Below are positions 19,960 through 28,469 of a stretch of 64,000 nt of DNA, piece by piece. Within the stretch, counting starts at the first letter, position 1, and the number at the start of each line of letters is the position of its first letter. Position numbers and translations under genes: made by a program. The notes beneath the pieces were generated by a model that saw only the letters and a list, made by a program, of their open reading frames with translations, did not search any database and was not told where the DNA came from. Where the stretch lies: positions 320,001 to 384,000 of the forward strand of contig JBMNIW010000012.1 of the NCBI GenBank assembly GCA_050951325.1. The letters run 5' to 3'. The stretch is from Clostridia bacterium. Lineage in GTDB: Bacteria > Bacillota > Clostridia > UBA1212 > DUPL01.

Positions 19960-20700
19960 TTACATACACAGACCGCCGTCAACCCTGATGACTTCTCCTG
20001 TAATGTATCTTGCAGAATCAGATGCAAGAAATACTGCAAGATTTGCAATATCATCAGTCTTGCCAAACTTTTTCATAGGTATCTGCTCGATATATGTTTC
20101 CTTTAGTTTGTCGGACAAAACGTTTGTCATGTCCGTTTCTATAAAGCCAGGTGCTATTGCGTTACATGTTACTCCTCTTTGAGCCAGCTCTCTGGCAACG
20201 GTCTTCGTCAAACCTATAAGGCCTGCCTTGGAGCTTGCATAGTTTGCCTGCCCTGCTGTTCCCAGCAGACCGGATACGCTTGATATGTTTATGATGGAAC
20301 CTGCTCTTCTTTTTGCAAAGTGGGAAAATGTATGCCTTATGGTGTTGAAAGCTCCTTTCAGGTTGACATTCATAACATCATCAAAATCCTCTTCCTTCAT
20401 GGAAAGTATCAGCTTATCTTTTACAATACCTGCGTTGTTGACAAGCACATCTATTTGTCCAAAATCCTTTATGATGCTATCCATTGTTTCCTTTGTTTCT
20501 TCAAAATTGGAAACATCACATTTGTATGATCTTATTCTAAAGTCTCTTTCAAGGCCTTCCTTGAAACTTTCAACAAAGTTTTCCTTGAAATTCCTTGCTA
20601 TTATGGCTATATCGGCTCCATTCTCAGCCATCCTCTCAGCAATCCTGTAACCAATTCCTCTTGTTCCTCCGGTAATAACGCATACCTTTCCCGTCAACAT
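19960..20700 (-). CDS. fabG: 3-oxoacyl-ACP reductase
   Basis: TGGTRGIG, NNAG, YASSK. Confidence 0.95.
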   Translation of the reverse strand: MLTGKVCVITGGTRGIGYRIAERMAENGADIAIIARNFKENFVESFKEGLERDFRIRSYKCDVSNFEETKETMDSIIKDFGQIDVLVNNAGIVKDKLILSMKEEDFDDVMNVNLKGAFNTIRHTFSHFAKRRAGSIINISSVSGLLGTAGQANYASSKAGLIGLTKTVARELAQRGVTCNAIAPGFIETDMTNVLSDKLKETYIEQIPMKKFGKTDDIANLAVFLASDSARYITGEVIRVDGGLCM

Positions 20701-21605
20701 ATTGAGTTTCCTCCATCCTTGTTTAAAATATCGGTGTAGTGAAATACTTTCACATTGTTGTCAATTCTTTCTATCAATCCGCACAAGACCTTTCCCTCTC
20801 CAACTTCAATAAACGTATCAATCCCGCTATTTATCATGTTTCTTATTATCTCTTCCCATCTTACCGGATTGTTTATCTGCTTTTTGATATTATCCTTTAT
20901 GCCTTCCTCATCATCAGGATAAGGCTGGGCTGTCAAGTTGGAATAAACGTCAAGGTTCGGTTTCTTTGTCTTAATTGTCTTTAGATATTCGCCCATCTTG
21001 CTGGAAGCATTGTTCATGAAGCTACTGTGAAACGCACCGCTTACGCTCAGTTTTCTTGCCTTTTTGCCAAACTTCTTAATATCCGCCATGTACTGGTCTA
21101 TTTCATCTTCCTTGCCTGAAACGACAATCTGTCCAGGACAGTTAAAATTCACAGCTTCAATACTTTCATACCCTTTTATGCCAGCTAGAACCTCTTCCTT
21201 TTCCATTCCCAGCACAGCTGCCATTGAACCCTTTCTCTCTAGAGCATCTTTATGCATAAGTTCAGCTCTTTTTCTTACCAATCTGCAAGCATCATCAAAT
21301 TCAAGAACCTCTGCATAAGCAATAGCCGCAATTTCTCCAAGGGAGAATCCTGCAACAGCCACAGGTTCAATCCCTGTCGCCTTTACAGCGTATGCCGCAG
21401 CCAGGTCCACGGTAAATACACAAGGCTGCGTGTTTACCGTTTCGTTCAGTTCATCCCTTGAACTTTCAAAACACAGTCTTTTTATTCCTGGTATTACTTT
21501 TTCCACAGAGTCAAATATTTTTCTTGCCTTTTCAGATTTTTCATACAATTTCTTTCCCATTCCAGGCACTTGTGCACCCTGTCCAGAAAAAACAAATGCC
21601 TTCAT
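20694..21605 (-). CDS. fabD: Malonyl-CoA:ACP transacylase
   Basis: FSGQGAQ, GFSLGE, GAFHS; ATGA overlap with the fabK stop. Confidence 0.95.
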   Translation of the reverse strand: MKAFVFSGQGAQVPGMGKKLYEKSEKARKIFDSVEKVIPGIKRLCFESSRDELNETVNTQPCVFTVDLAAAYAVKATGIEPVAVAGFSLGEIAAIAYAEVLEFDDACRLVRKRAELMHKDALERKGSMAAVLGMEKEEVLAGIKGYESIEAVNFNCPGQIVVSGKEDEIDQYMADIKKFGKKARKLSVSGAFHSSFMNNASSKMGEYLKTIKTKKPNLDVYSNLTAQPYPDDEEGIKDNIKKQINNPVRWEEIIRNMINSGIDTFIEVGEGKVLCGLIERIDNNVKVFHYTDILNKDGGNSIC

Positions 21606-22549
21606 ACAATCCACCTGCCGGATGTCTTTAATACTTTTTCAGCACCAAATACCATATCTTCAATAATTTCCTTTGCTGTTTGTTCTTCCCTAACCAACGC
21701 AGCGCTCTGGCCAGCCATAAAGCAACCGTTTTTTGTATCTCCATCAACTGCTGCAAGCCTCAATGCTCCGGAACCCAGCTTTTCAAGTTCCTCATTTGTT
21801 ACATTGGAATCATACTCACATTTTGCATAACTTCTGGAAAATGGACTCTTCAAGCACCTTACTGGATGACCAAGTCTTTTTCCTGTTACGATGGTGTCGA
21901 TATCTTTTGCCTTAACAACCATGTCCTTGTAGGCTTGACTTATGTTGCATTCTTTAGCAACCAAAAATCTTGTTCCCACTTGAACCCCAACCGCTCCAAG
22001 CATCATAGCTGCTGCAAAGGTCCTTCCATCAGCAATTCCTCCTGCAGCAATTACAGGCACATCCACAGCATCACATATCTGGGGAATAAGGACCATGGTG
22101 GTAAGTTCGCCTATATGACCTCCTGCTTCCTGACCTTCTGCAATTACAGCCACAGCACCACCTCTTATAACCTTCTTTGCATGAGCCGTAGATGCCACAA
22201 CAGGTATGACTTTTATTCCATTCTCATTCCACATTTCCATATATTTCGATGGGTTACCTGCGCCGGTAGTTACAACCTCGACCTTTTCCTCGCACACAAC
22301 CTTTGCCACTTCTTCAGCATACGGACTCATAAGCATTATATTTACCCCAAAAGGCTTGTCGGTAAGTTTTCTCATCTTCCGTATTTCCTGCCTCAAAGCC
22401 TCTGCAGGCATGTTCATGGCAGCTATCAATCCAAGGCCGCCTGCATTGCTTACTGCAGATGCAAGATTTGCATCCGCAACCCATGCCATTCCTCCCTGAA
22501 TAATTGGATACTTGATATTTAATAATTCACATAACGGTGTCTTAATCAC
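21602..22549 (-). CDS. fabK: Enoyl-ACP reductase II
   Basis: PIIQGGMAW, EAGGHIG, AAGGIADGR, MAGQ. Confidence 0.95.
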   Translation of the reverse strand: MIKTPLCELLNIKYPIIQGGMAWVADANLASAVSNAGGLGLIAAMNMPAEALRQEIRKMRKLTDKPFGVNIMLMSPYAEEVAKVVCEEKVEVVTTGAGNPSKYMEMWNENGIKVIPVVASTAHAKKVIRGGAVAVIAEGQEAGGHIGELTTMVLIPQICDAVDVPVIAAGGIADGRTFAAAMMLGAVGVQVGTRFLVAKECNISQAYKDMVVKAKDIDTIVTGKRLGHPVRCLKSPFSRSYAKCEYDSNVTNEELEKLGSGALRLAAVDGDTKNGCFMAGQSAALVREEQTAKEIIEDMVFGAEKVLKTSGRWIV

Positions 22550-23491
22550 TTACTTTTCCCCCTTGTTCCACTCAATTACACATGTTCCTGATGTCAATCC
22601 TCCACCAAAGGCGGTCATTACAATTATCTGTCCATCTTTCAAAAGATTGTTTCTGTTCATTTTGTCTAGAGTCAGAGGTATGCTCGCAGAACACGTATTT
22701 CCATATTCCTCTATATTTATTGCAAGCTTATCTTTTTCAATTTCAAGTCTTTCGGCAACAGCTTCCATTATGCGTCTGTTTGCTTGGTGAAGTATTACAT
22801 GATCCACATCCGACTGTTTGAGTCCTGCCTTTTCTATGGCATCTGGAATTTCAGTGCTGCCTGTGCTGACTGCAAACTTGTATATTTCCTTGCCAATCAT
22901 GTGGATATATGGTTTGCCGTCTCCCAGGTCCCCTATCAATAAAGAGCTCATGTCTCCTTGGGCATGTACCTGGGAGTGAAGAAGGCCTTTCCCTTCACCC
23001 AGCACCACTGCTCCGCATCCGTCCCCAAACAAAACACAAGTGGATCTGTCTTTCCAGTTAACAAATTTGGACAATGCATCAAACGCTACTACCAACACTT
23101 TCTTGCATTTGCCGCTTTTGAAATAGCTGTCTGCCATGTCCAGTGCATAAATGAATCCTGTGCATGCGGCATTAATGTCAACTGCAGGACAGACTGCCCC
23201 TAATTCCTTTTGAACAAGACATGCAAGAGAAGGGGACTGATACTCAGCGCTAAGAGTTGCGCATATTATTAAATCCAAATCCTTTGCATCCACTTTCGCA
23301 TCCTTCAAGGCTTTTGTCGCAGCTTCGTAGGAAAGTGACAAAGGCGTCTCCTCTTCAGTAATATATCTTGCTTTAATTCCTGTCCTGGATGTAATCCATT
23401 CATCCGATGTATCTACAATTTTGCACAAGTCATCATTCGTAACTATTTTCTTAGGCACACTGGAACCTGTTCCTAAAATTCTAAAACTCAT
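22550..23491 (-). CDS. fabH: Beta-ketoacyl-ACP synthase III
   Basis: AACTGF, HQANRRI, GNTCSAS catalytic triad. Confidence 0.96.
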   Translation of the reverse strand: MSFRILGTGSSVPKKIVTNDDLCKIVDTSDEWITSRTGIKARYITEEETPLSLSYEAATKALKDAKVDAKDLDLIICATLSAEYQSPSLACLVQKELGAVCPAVDINAACTGFIYALDMADSYFKSGKCKKVLVVAFDALSKFVNWKDRSTCVLFGDGCGAVVLGEGKGLLHSQVHAQGDMSSLLIGDLGDGKPYIHMIGKEIYKFAVSTGSTEIPDAIEKAGLKQSDVDHVILHQANRRIMEAVAERLEIEKDKLAINIEEYGNTCSASIPLTLDKMNRNNLLKDGQIIVMTAFGGGLTSGTCVIEWNKGEK

Positions 23492-23511
23492 ATCTTTTCT
23501 CCTTTATTTTT

Positions 23512-23979
23512 CTAGTTATTTAAGTATTGTCTAAAAAAACTATTTATTTTCATTAATCCTCTTAACAGAGCATCCTGCTCGTCAGGCTCCAGATCTTTTG
23601 CGATTTCCCTTGTAATTTTGAGATGAATATATCTGTGTACATTGTCTACCTTCTTTCCCATCTTCGTTAATGTAACGTATACCATTCTTTTGTCTTCCTC
23701 AGATTTTCTTTTTGTAACGTAGCCCTTCTTCACCAACTTGTTTATTGCAACAGTTATTGTAGGTAACGTAAAGGACAGGTCATTTGCAATATCTGATATG
23801 GATGCTCCTTCGTCTCCATATTTGCCGATGACCTCCAACAGATGCAGCTCGCTTATGGTAAGATTTAAATGAGTATTCTTCTTTACCTTCCATTCCTCCA
23901 CCTGTTGCAGGACATCGTAGGTGTCAATCAGTAGATTGTTTAGTTTCATCGAAAATTCGTTCACTTCCATAGCCCTCAC
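23512..23979 (-). CDS. MarR-family regulator of the fab operon (FabT-like)
   Basis: Winged HTH (LTISELHLLEVI...TITVAINKLVKKGYV...DKRMV); first gene of the fab cluster. Confidence 0.88.
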   Translation of the reverse strand: MRAMEVNEFSMKLNNLLIDTYDVLQQVEEWKVKKNTHLNLTISELHLLEVIGKYGDEGASISDIANDLSFTLPTITVAINKLVKKGYVTKRKSEEDKRMVYVTLTKMGKKVDNVHRYIHLKITREIAKDLEPDEQDALLRGLMKINSFFRQYLNN

Positions 23980-23991
23980 TTCAATTTAATT

Positions 23992-24033
23992 AGTTAGTTT
24001 ATCTAATTATATATATTATTCTGAAGATGTCAA
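23992..24033 (-). promoter_or_regulatory. fab operon promoter with a putative MarR operator
   Basis: TTGACA-16-TATAAT, overlapped by the imperfect palindrome AATTAG-ATAAA-CTAACT (23992-24008). Confidence 0.55.
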
Positions 24034-24052
24034 TATGTTTACTGAATAAAAA

Positions 24053-24667
24053 TTATTTTTTCAGTAATCCATAAGATAAATAGTACTCGCCTTCATGTAT
24101 TATTATTGCCTCCGTTTCCGCTTTCAGCTCTTTGTGCATTGCTATAAGTTCGTCAGGTGCAATATTTTCAAAATACATGGTACTAATATGAATACAGCTA
24201 TCAATATTGTCTCTATGCAGATACTTTCTGAAGCTGGACCATTCGTAATCAGAAAGCTGCTCAATGTCCAATTTTGACTTTTTATGTATTTCCACTACTG
24301 CTTTTATTAACTCATCCTCGTTATTTATGGGTATGGAATAATATTTGCAACCAAAGATTCTTCCATGTCTTTTTTTGCCAAAATATTTTAAGGACCTTTT
24401 ATTGAAATTCATTGTATATCTTCCAATTGCATATTGCATAAAATCAGATATGTCTTTAAAGCTACCTCTTTTCGGCCTGATTAACATATCGTATCTATGC
24501 CTGATAAGGCAGAAGGCAAATATGTCTATATAGTATTTTTCCGCATAATAGTTTACAAGCTCACAGAAGGATTGAATATCTTTTTTGTCTCTGAATATGG
24601 TGGTTTTGTCAACACCATAGTTGTATACATGGTATGTTTGATAATATGTGCTTTCTTTTCTTCTCAA
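24053..24667 (-). CDS. RAYT/Y1 (IS200-like) transposase-fold protein with degenerate catalytic residues
   Basis: YHVYNYG..IFRD, AFCL, FMQ...YTMNFNK, HGRIF..KYYS and YEWSS match the RAYT scaffold; GGAGGT RBS with TTG start. Confidence 0.75.
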   Translation of the reverse strand: MRRKESTYYQTYHVYNYGVDKTTIFRDKKDIQSFCELVNYYAEKYYIDIFAFCLIRHRYDMLIRPKRGSFKDISDFMQYAIGRYTMNFNKRSLKYFGKKRHGRIFGCKYYSIPINNEDELIKAVVEIHKKSKLDIEQLSDYEWSSFRKYLHRDNIDSCIHISTMYFENIAPDELIAMHKELKAETEAIIIHEGEYYLSYGLLKK

Positions 24668-24696
24668 TTTATACCTCCAGAAAAATATTTAGTATT

Positions 24697-24727
24697 AAAA
24701 AAGGAACTGCTCGTTCAAACAGTTCCT
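24697..24727 (-). terminator. Terminator after noc
   Basis: AGGAACTG-N10-CAGTTCCT followed by TTTTT on the minus strand. Confidence 0.7.
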
Positions 24728-24752
24728 AGAATGAAAATAAGACCATCAGTTA

Positions 24753-25685
24753 CTACTCCGCACTTTTAACTTCGTTTTCGCTTGCCATTCCATAATACTT
24801 GTACCCGTTAAGCTCTTTAGGTAGTCTTACAACTATTTCAAAATATGTATCCCTGTCAAATTGTGCTGTTTTTGCATTAATGCCAAGCTGTTTGAAAACT
24901 GCAACACTTTTCTTTATGCCCGAGATGAAGGAATCAATCTCGTTTAACGCATCCTTGACGCCAGGATGTTTTTCCTGCACCTTGCTGGCTCCTTTTCCCT
25001 GGGAAAAGTAACTATCGCTCTTCTTATCACCCTTCGCAGCTTCCAGTGTCTTGGAAATTAACAACTCCGTCTCGGCTACCGAAAACGCCCTGTCTGTAAC
25101 TATCTTCAATACTTTCAGCTGAAGCTGTTCATTCGGCAGTCTGAGAAGAGCCCTTGCATGTCTCTCAGTAAGGCCGTGTTCGCTTAAAACCTTAACCACA
25201 TTCGGAGAAAGCCTCAAAAGCCTTATCTTATTGGCTATTGCAGACTGACTTTTTCCAACTCTTCTTGCCACTTCTTCCTGTGTCATTCCATGCTCAACTA
25301 TTAATCTATTGTATGCTTCAGCTAGTTCCATGTAATCAAGATCTTCTCGTTGAATGTTTTCCACAATTGCGTGTATTGCTGCCTCGTTGTCATTAATACT
25401 TAATACAATCGCAGGAATATCTGTTTTTCCTGCTATTAGAGATGCCCTGTACCTTCTTTCGCCAGATATAATCTCATAATAACCATCGCCCATATCCCTG
25501 ACAAGAATAGGCTGAAGAACTCCAAACTCCCTAATTGACTCAGACAATTCATTCAAGGACAAAGTTTGAAAAATCTTTCGCGGTTGAAAAGGACTACATC
25601 TGAGACGATCAAGAGGTATTCGAACTACATTTTCCTGGTAATCCTTCTTTTGTTCAACGCTCTTTCTCAAGTCTCTCAGTCTCAC
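24753..25685 (-). CDS. noc: ParB-family protein in the nucleoid-occlusion (noc) position
   Basis: PFQPR, GERRYRA, ENIQREDL and an HTH; lies directly after rsmG. Start is probably GTG at 25685 (ORF extends to 25739). Confidence 0.75.
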   Translation of the reverse strand: MRLRDLRKSVEQKKDYQENVVRIPLDRLRCSPFQPRKIFQTLSLNELSESIREFGVLQPILVRDMGDGYYEIISGERRYRASLIAGKTDIPAIVLSINDNEAAIHAIVENIQREDLDYMELAEAYNRLIVEHGMTQEEVARRVGKSQSAIANKIRLLRLSPNVVKVLSEHGLTERHARALLRLPNEQLQLKVLKIVTDRAFSVAETELLISKTLEAAKGDKKSDSYFSQGKGASKVQEKHPGVKDALNEIDSFISGIKKSVAVFKQLGINAKTAQFDRDTYFEIVVRLPKELNGYKYYGMASENEVKSAE

Positions 25686-25781
25686 AAAATCACTTCTTCT
25701 TTCAGTTTTTGTATAGTATTTTTCATTATACTTGTCCACATATATTTTTCAACACTACACAAAAGTGAGAAACTTGATTTT

Positions 25782-25807
25782 TTCGACATTTTCGACATGC
25801 TTCGACA
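25782..25807 (-). promoter_or_regulatory. Three tandem Spo0A boxes (TGTCGAA)
   Basis: TTCGACA at 25782, 25791 and 25801; matches the TGNCGAA consensus. Confidence 0.65.
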
Positions 25808-25817
25808 AAAATACCTA

Positions 25818-26540
25818 TCAAATAAGAGGCTTTTTTGTCGGTACACCAGGTTTTCTTGGATAATTTGTCGAAGTCTTTTTATCCTTTTTGAAAATATATA
25901 TTATTCTTTGTATAACTTCATCGTCTTTTTCCAGCTCAAGAAATTCCTTTTTATAAAATATTCCACCCAGTACTTCCAACGCTTTTTCGTAGTTATCCTC
26001 TTCTTTTGCCCCCTTCATGGCCAGAAAATAACCGTTAACCTTTACAAGTGGAATACAGTACTCAAGCAGTACAGGCATTTGTGCAACAGCCCTGGCTGTA
26101 GCAAAATCATACCTTTCCCTATGTTCTTTATTCTTTCCTATCTCTTCAGCTCTGGCATGAATGGCATTAATATCCTTGAGGCCAAGCTCGTCCACCACAT
26201 CATTTAAAAAAGCCACCCTTTTTATCAAGGAGTCCACAAGGGTAATTTTCAAATCCGGGCAAACTATTTTCAGAGGTATGCCGGGAAAACCTGCACCCGT
26301 ACCTATGTCAACAAGGCTTTTACCCTTAAGCTCCTGTATATATGGATACAAGGTAAGAGAATCAAGAAAGTGCTTCACTGCAATATCCTCATCTTCAGTA
26401 ATAGCAGTAAGATTTACAACCTTGTTTCTTTCCTTAAGCATCGAAGAATAGGAGCGAAACATCGTCACCTGTTCATCCGACAGTTGTATACCAAACCTTT
26501 TTGCACCTTCGTAAAGCATCTCAACAGCCTTTTTATTCAT
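25818..26540 (-). CDS. rsmG: 16S rRNA m7G527 methyltransferase
   Basis: NLTAIT, HFLDSL, DIGTGAGFPG, ARAVA. Confidence 0.96.
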   Translation of the reverse strand: MNKKAVEMLYEGAKRFGIQLSDEQVTMFRSYSSMLKERNKVVNLTAITEDEDIAVKHFLDSLTLYPYIQELKGKSLVDIGTGAGFPGIPLKIVCPDLKITLVDSLIKRVAFLNDVVDELGLKDINAIHARAEEIGKNKEHRERYDFATARAVAQMPVLLEYCIPLVKVNGYFLAMKGAKEEDNYEKALEVLGGIFYKKEFLELEKDDEVIQRIIYIFKKDKKTSTNYPRKPGVPTKKPLI

Positions 26541-28456
26541 TATTTTTCCTTCCTTCTTGTCAGATAGATATACAAAGCGGTAATATCCGCAGGAGATACT
26601 CCCAGTATCCTGCTTGCCTGTCCGATGGAGGCAGGCCTTACTTTACTTAGCTTCTCTCTTGCCTCCATGCTTAGATTGCTGATTTCATCGTAATCAATGT
26701 CTTCAGGTAGAAGTTTCTTCTCCAGCTTTTTGAACTGCTCCACCTGCTGAAGCTGAAGCTTTATATATCCTGAGTATTTGACGTTGATACACACCTGTTC
26801 TATTACGCTTTTAGGTAGATACTTTCTTTCGTAATCAAGACCCTTGTCTTTTAAGTTGAGTTCCTCAATTGCCAACACATCTTCATAGTCAACTTCAGGT
26901 CTTTTCAAAAGATCTTCCAACGAAGCACCGCTTTTCAAAGGAGTTGACCCTATTTTCTCCATATACTCTATTACACTTGGGGTAGGAGATACATGTGTCT
27001 TTGACAACCTGTCAAGTTCTACTTTTACAAGCCTGTATTTTTCCTTAAAGTTAGCATATCTTTCTTCAGATATCAGTCCGACTTTGTATCCTTTCTCAGT
27101 AAGTCTTTCATCCGCATTATCCTGCCTTAAAAGAAGCCTGTATTCACTTGCTGATGTCATCATTCTGTAAGGCTCCCTTGTGCCTCTTGTTACCAGGTCA
27201 TCTATGAGTACACCTATATATGCTTCGGATCTGTCAATAAAAAGAGGGTCCTTTCCCTGAAGCTTCAAGGCACAGTTTATGCCCGCAACAAGACCTTGGG
27301 CGGCAGCTTCCTCATAACCTGATGAACCGTTTATCTGTCCGGCAAAATACAGTCCATCCACGAACCTGCTCTCAAGAGTCAGTTTCAAAACCCTTGCATC
27401 TATTGCATCATATTCTATTGCATATGCAGGCCTCATAACGGAAACATTCTCAAGACCTTCAACACTTCTCATAAACTCAATCTGTACATCCTCAGGAAGG
27501 CTTGAAGACATGCCCTGAAGATACATCTCTTCCGTATCGGCACCCATTGGCTCAACAAAAACCTGATGCCTGTCCTTGTCTGAAAACCTAACCATCTTAT
27601 CTTCCAATGAAGGACAATACCTAGGACCAATTCCTTCAATAGATCCGTTGTACATTGGAGACCGGTGTATATTTTCAAGTATTATTTCCTTTGTCTTTAT
27701 ATTAGTATGGGTAAGCCAGCAGGGTATCTGGTCTATTTCCAATTCTTCGGTCTCGAAAGAGAAGGGGACTGCCTCCTCATCTCCGGGCTGGGGAACCATG
27801 TTGGAAAAGTCTATGCTCCTTCTATTTACCCTGGCAGGAGTACCTGTTTTAAGTCTTATCAATTTAAATCCCAGATTTGTTAAAGTATCAGACAATCGAA
27901 TGGATGGAAACAGTCCGTCAGGCCCGCTCTGGAAACTGACATCACCAATTATTATTCTTCCATTCAAAAAAGTACCCGTGCATACAATGGCAGACTTGCA
28001 TTTGTAGACAGCACCGGTATGAGTCACCACATGGGTAACCTTCCTTACTCCATCTTCCTCAACAGTTTCCATATCAACAATTTCAGCCTGTTTCAGATCA
28101 AGGTTTTCCTGTAGTTCCAGAACATGCTTCATTTCCTGCTGATACTTTCTCCTGTCTATCTGAGCTCTTAAAGACTGTACAGCAGGTCCTTTTCCCTTGT
28201 TGAGCATCCTTATCTGAATTGCTGATTTATCTACAATTTTGGCCATAACGCCACCTAAGGCATCAATCTCTCTAACCAGCTGACCCTTTGCAGAGCCACC
28301 AATACTGGGATTGCATGCCATGTTGGCTACACTGTCCAGATTCATTGCAAATATTACGGTTTTAACGCCAAGTTTAGCACAAGCCAAGGCAGCCTCGCAA
28401 CCTGCATGGCCTGCTCCAATAACTGCGACATCATATTCTCCAGCTATAAATCTCAA
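26540..28456 (-). CDS. mnmG: tRNA uridine-34 modification enzyme MnmG/GidA
   Basis: GAGHAGCEAA, CNPSIGG, GPRYCPS, GQINGSSGYEEAAAQG; likely TTG start at 28456. Confidence 0.97.
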   Translation of the reverse strand: MRFIAGEYDVAVIGAGHAGCEAALACAKLGVKTVIFAMNLDSVANMACNPSIGGSAKGQLVREIDALGGVMAKIVDKSAIQIRMLNKGKGPAVQSLRAQIDRRKYQQEMKHVLELQENLDLKQAEIVDMETVEEDGVRKVTHVVTHTGAVYKCKSAIVCTGTFLNGRIIIGDVSFQSGPDGLFPSIRLSDTLTNLGFKLIRLKTGTPARVNRRSIDFSNMVPQPGDEEAVPFSFETEELEIDQIPCWLTHTNIKTKEIILENIHRSPMYNGSIEGIGPRYCPSLEDKMVRFSDKDRHQVFVEPMGADTEEMYLQGMSSSLPEDVQIEFMRSVEGLENVSVMRPAYAIEYDAIDARVLKLTLESRFVDGLYFAGQINGSSGYEEAAAQGLVAGINCALKLQGKDPLFIDRSEAYIGVLIDDLVTRGTREPYRMMTSASEYRLLLRQDNADERLTEKGYKVGLISEERYANFKEKYRLVKVELDRLSKTHVSPTPSVIEYMEKIGSTPLKSGASLEDLLKRPEVDYEDVLAIEELNLKDKGLDYERKYLPKSVIEQVCINVKYSGYIKLQLQQVEQFKKLEKKLLPEDIDYDEISNLSMEAREKLSKVRPASIGQASRILGVSPADITALYIYLTRRKEK

Positions 28457-28469
28457 TTTTGTTCCCTTC

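Noticed and set aside
21680-22522. Long antisense ORFs over fab, acc and gyrA (for example 280 aa here)
   Set aside because: They are opposite-strand shadows of conserved genes, with no motifs.
27140-27165. MnmG TSASEY instead of TSRAEY
   Set aside because: It is a local substitution with all other motifs intact; not enough to claim altered function.
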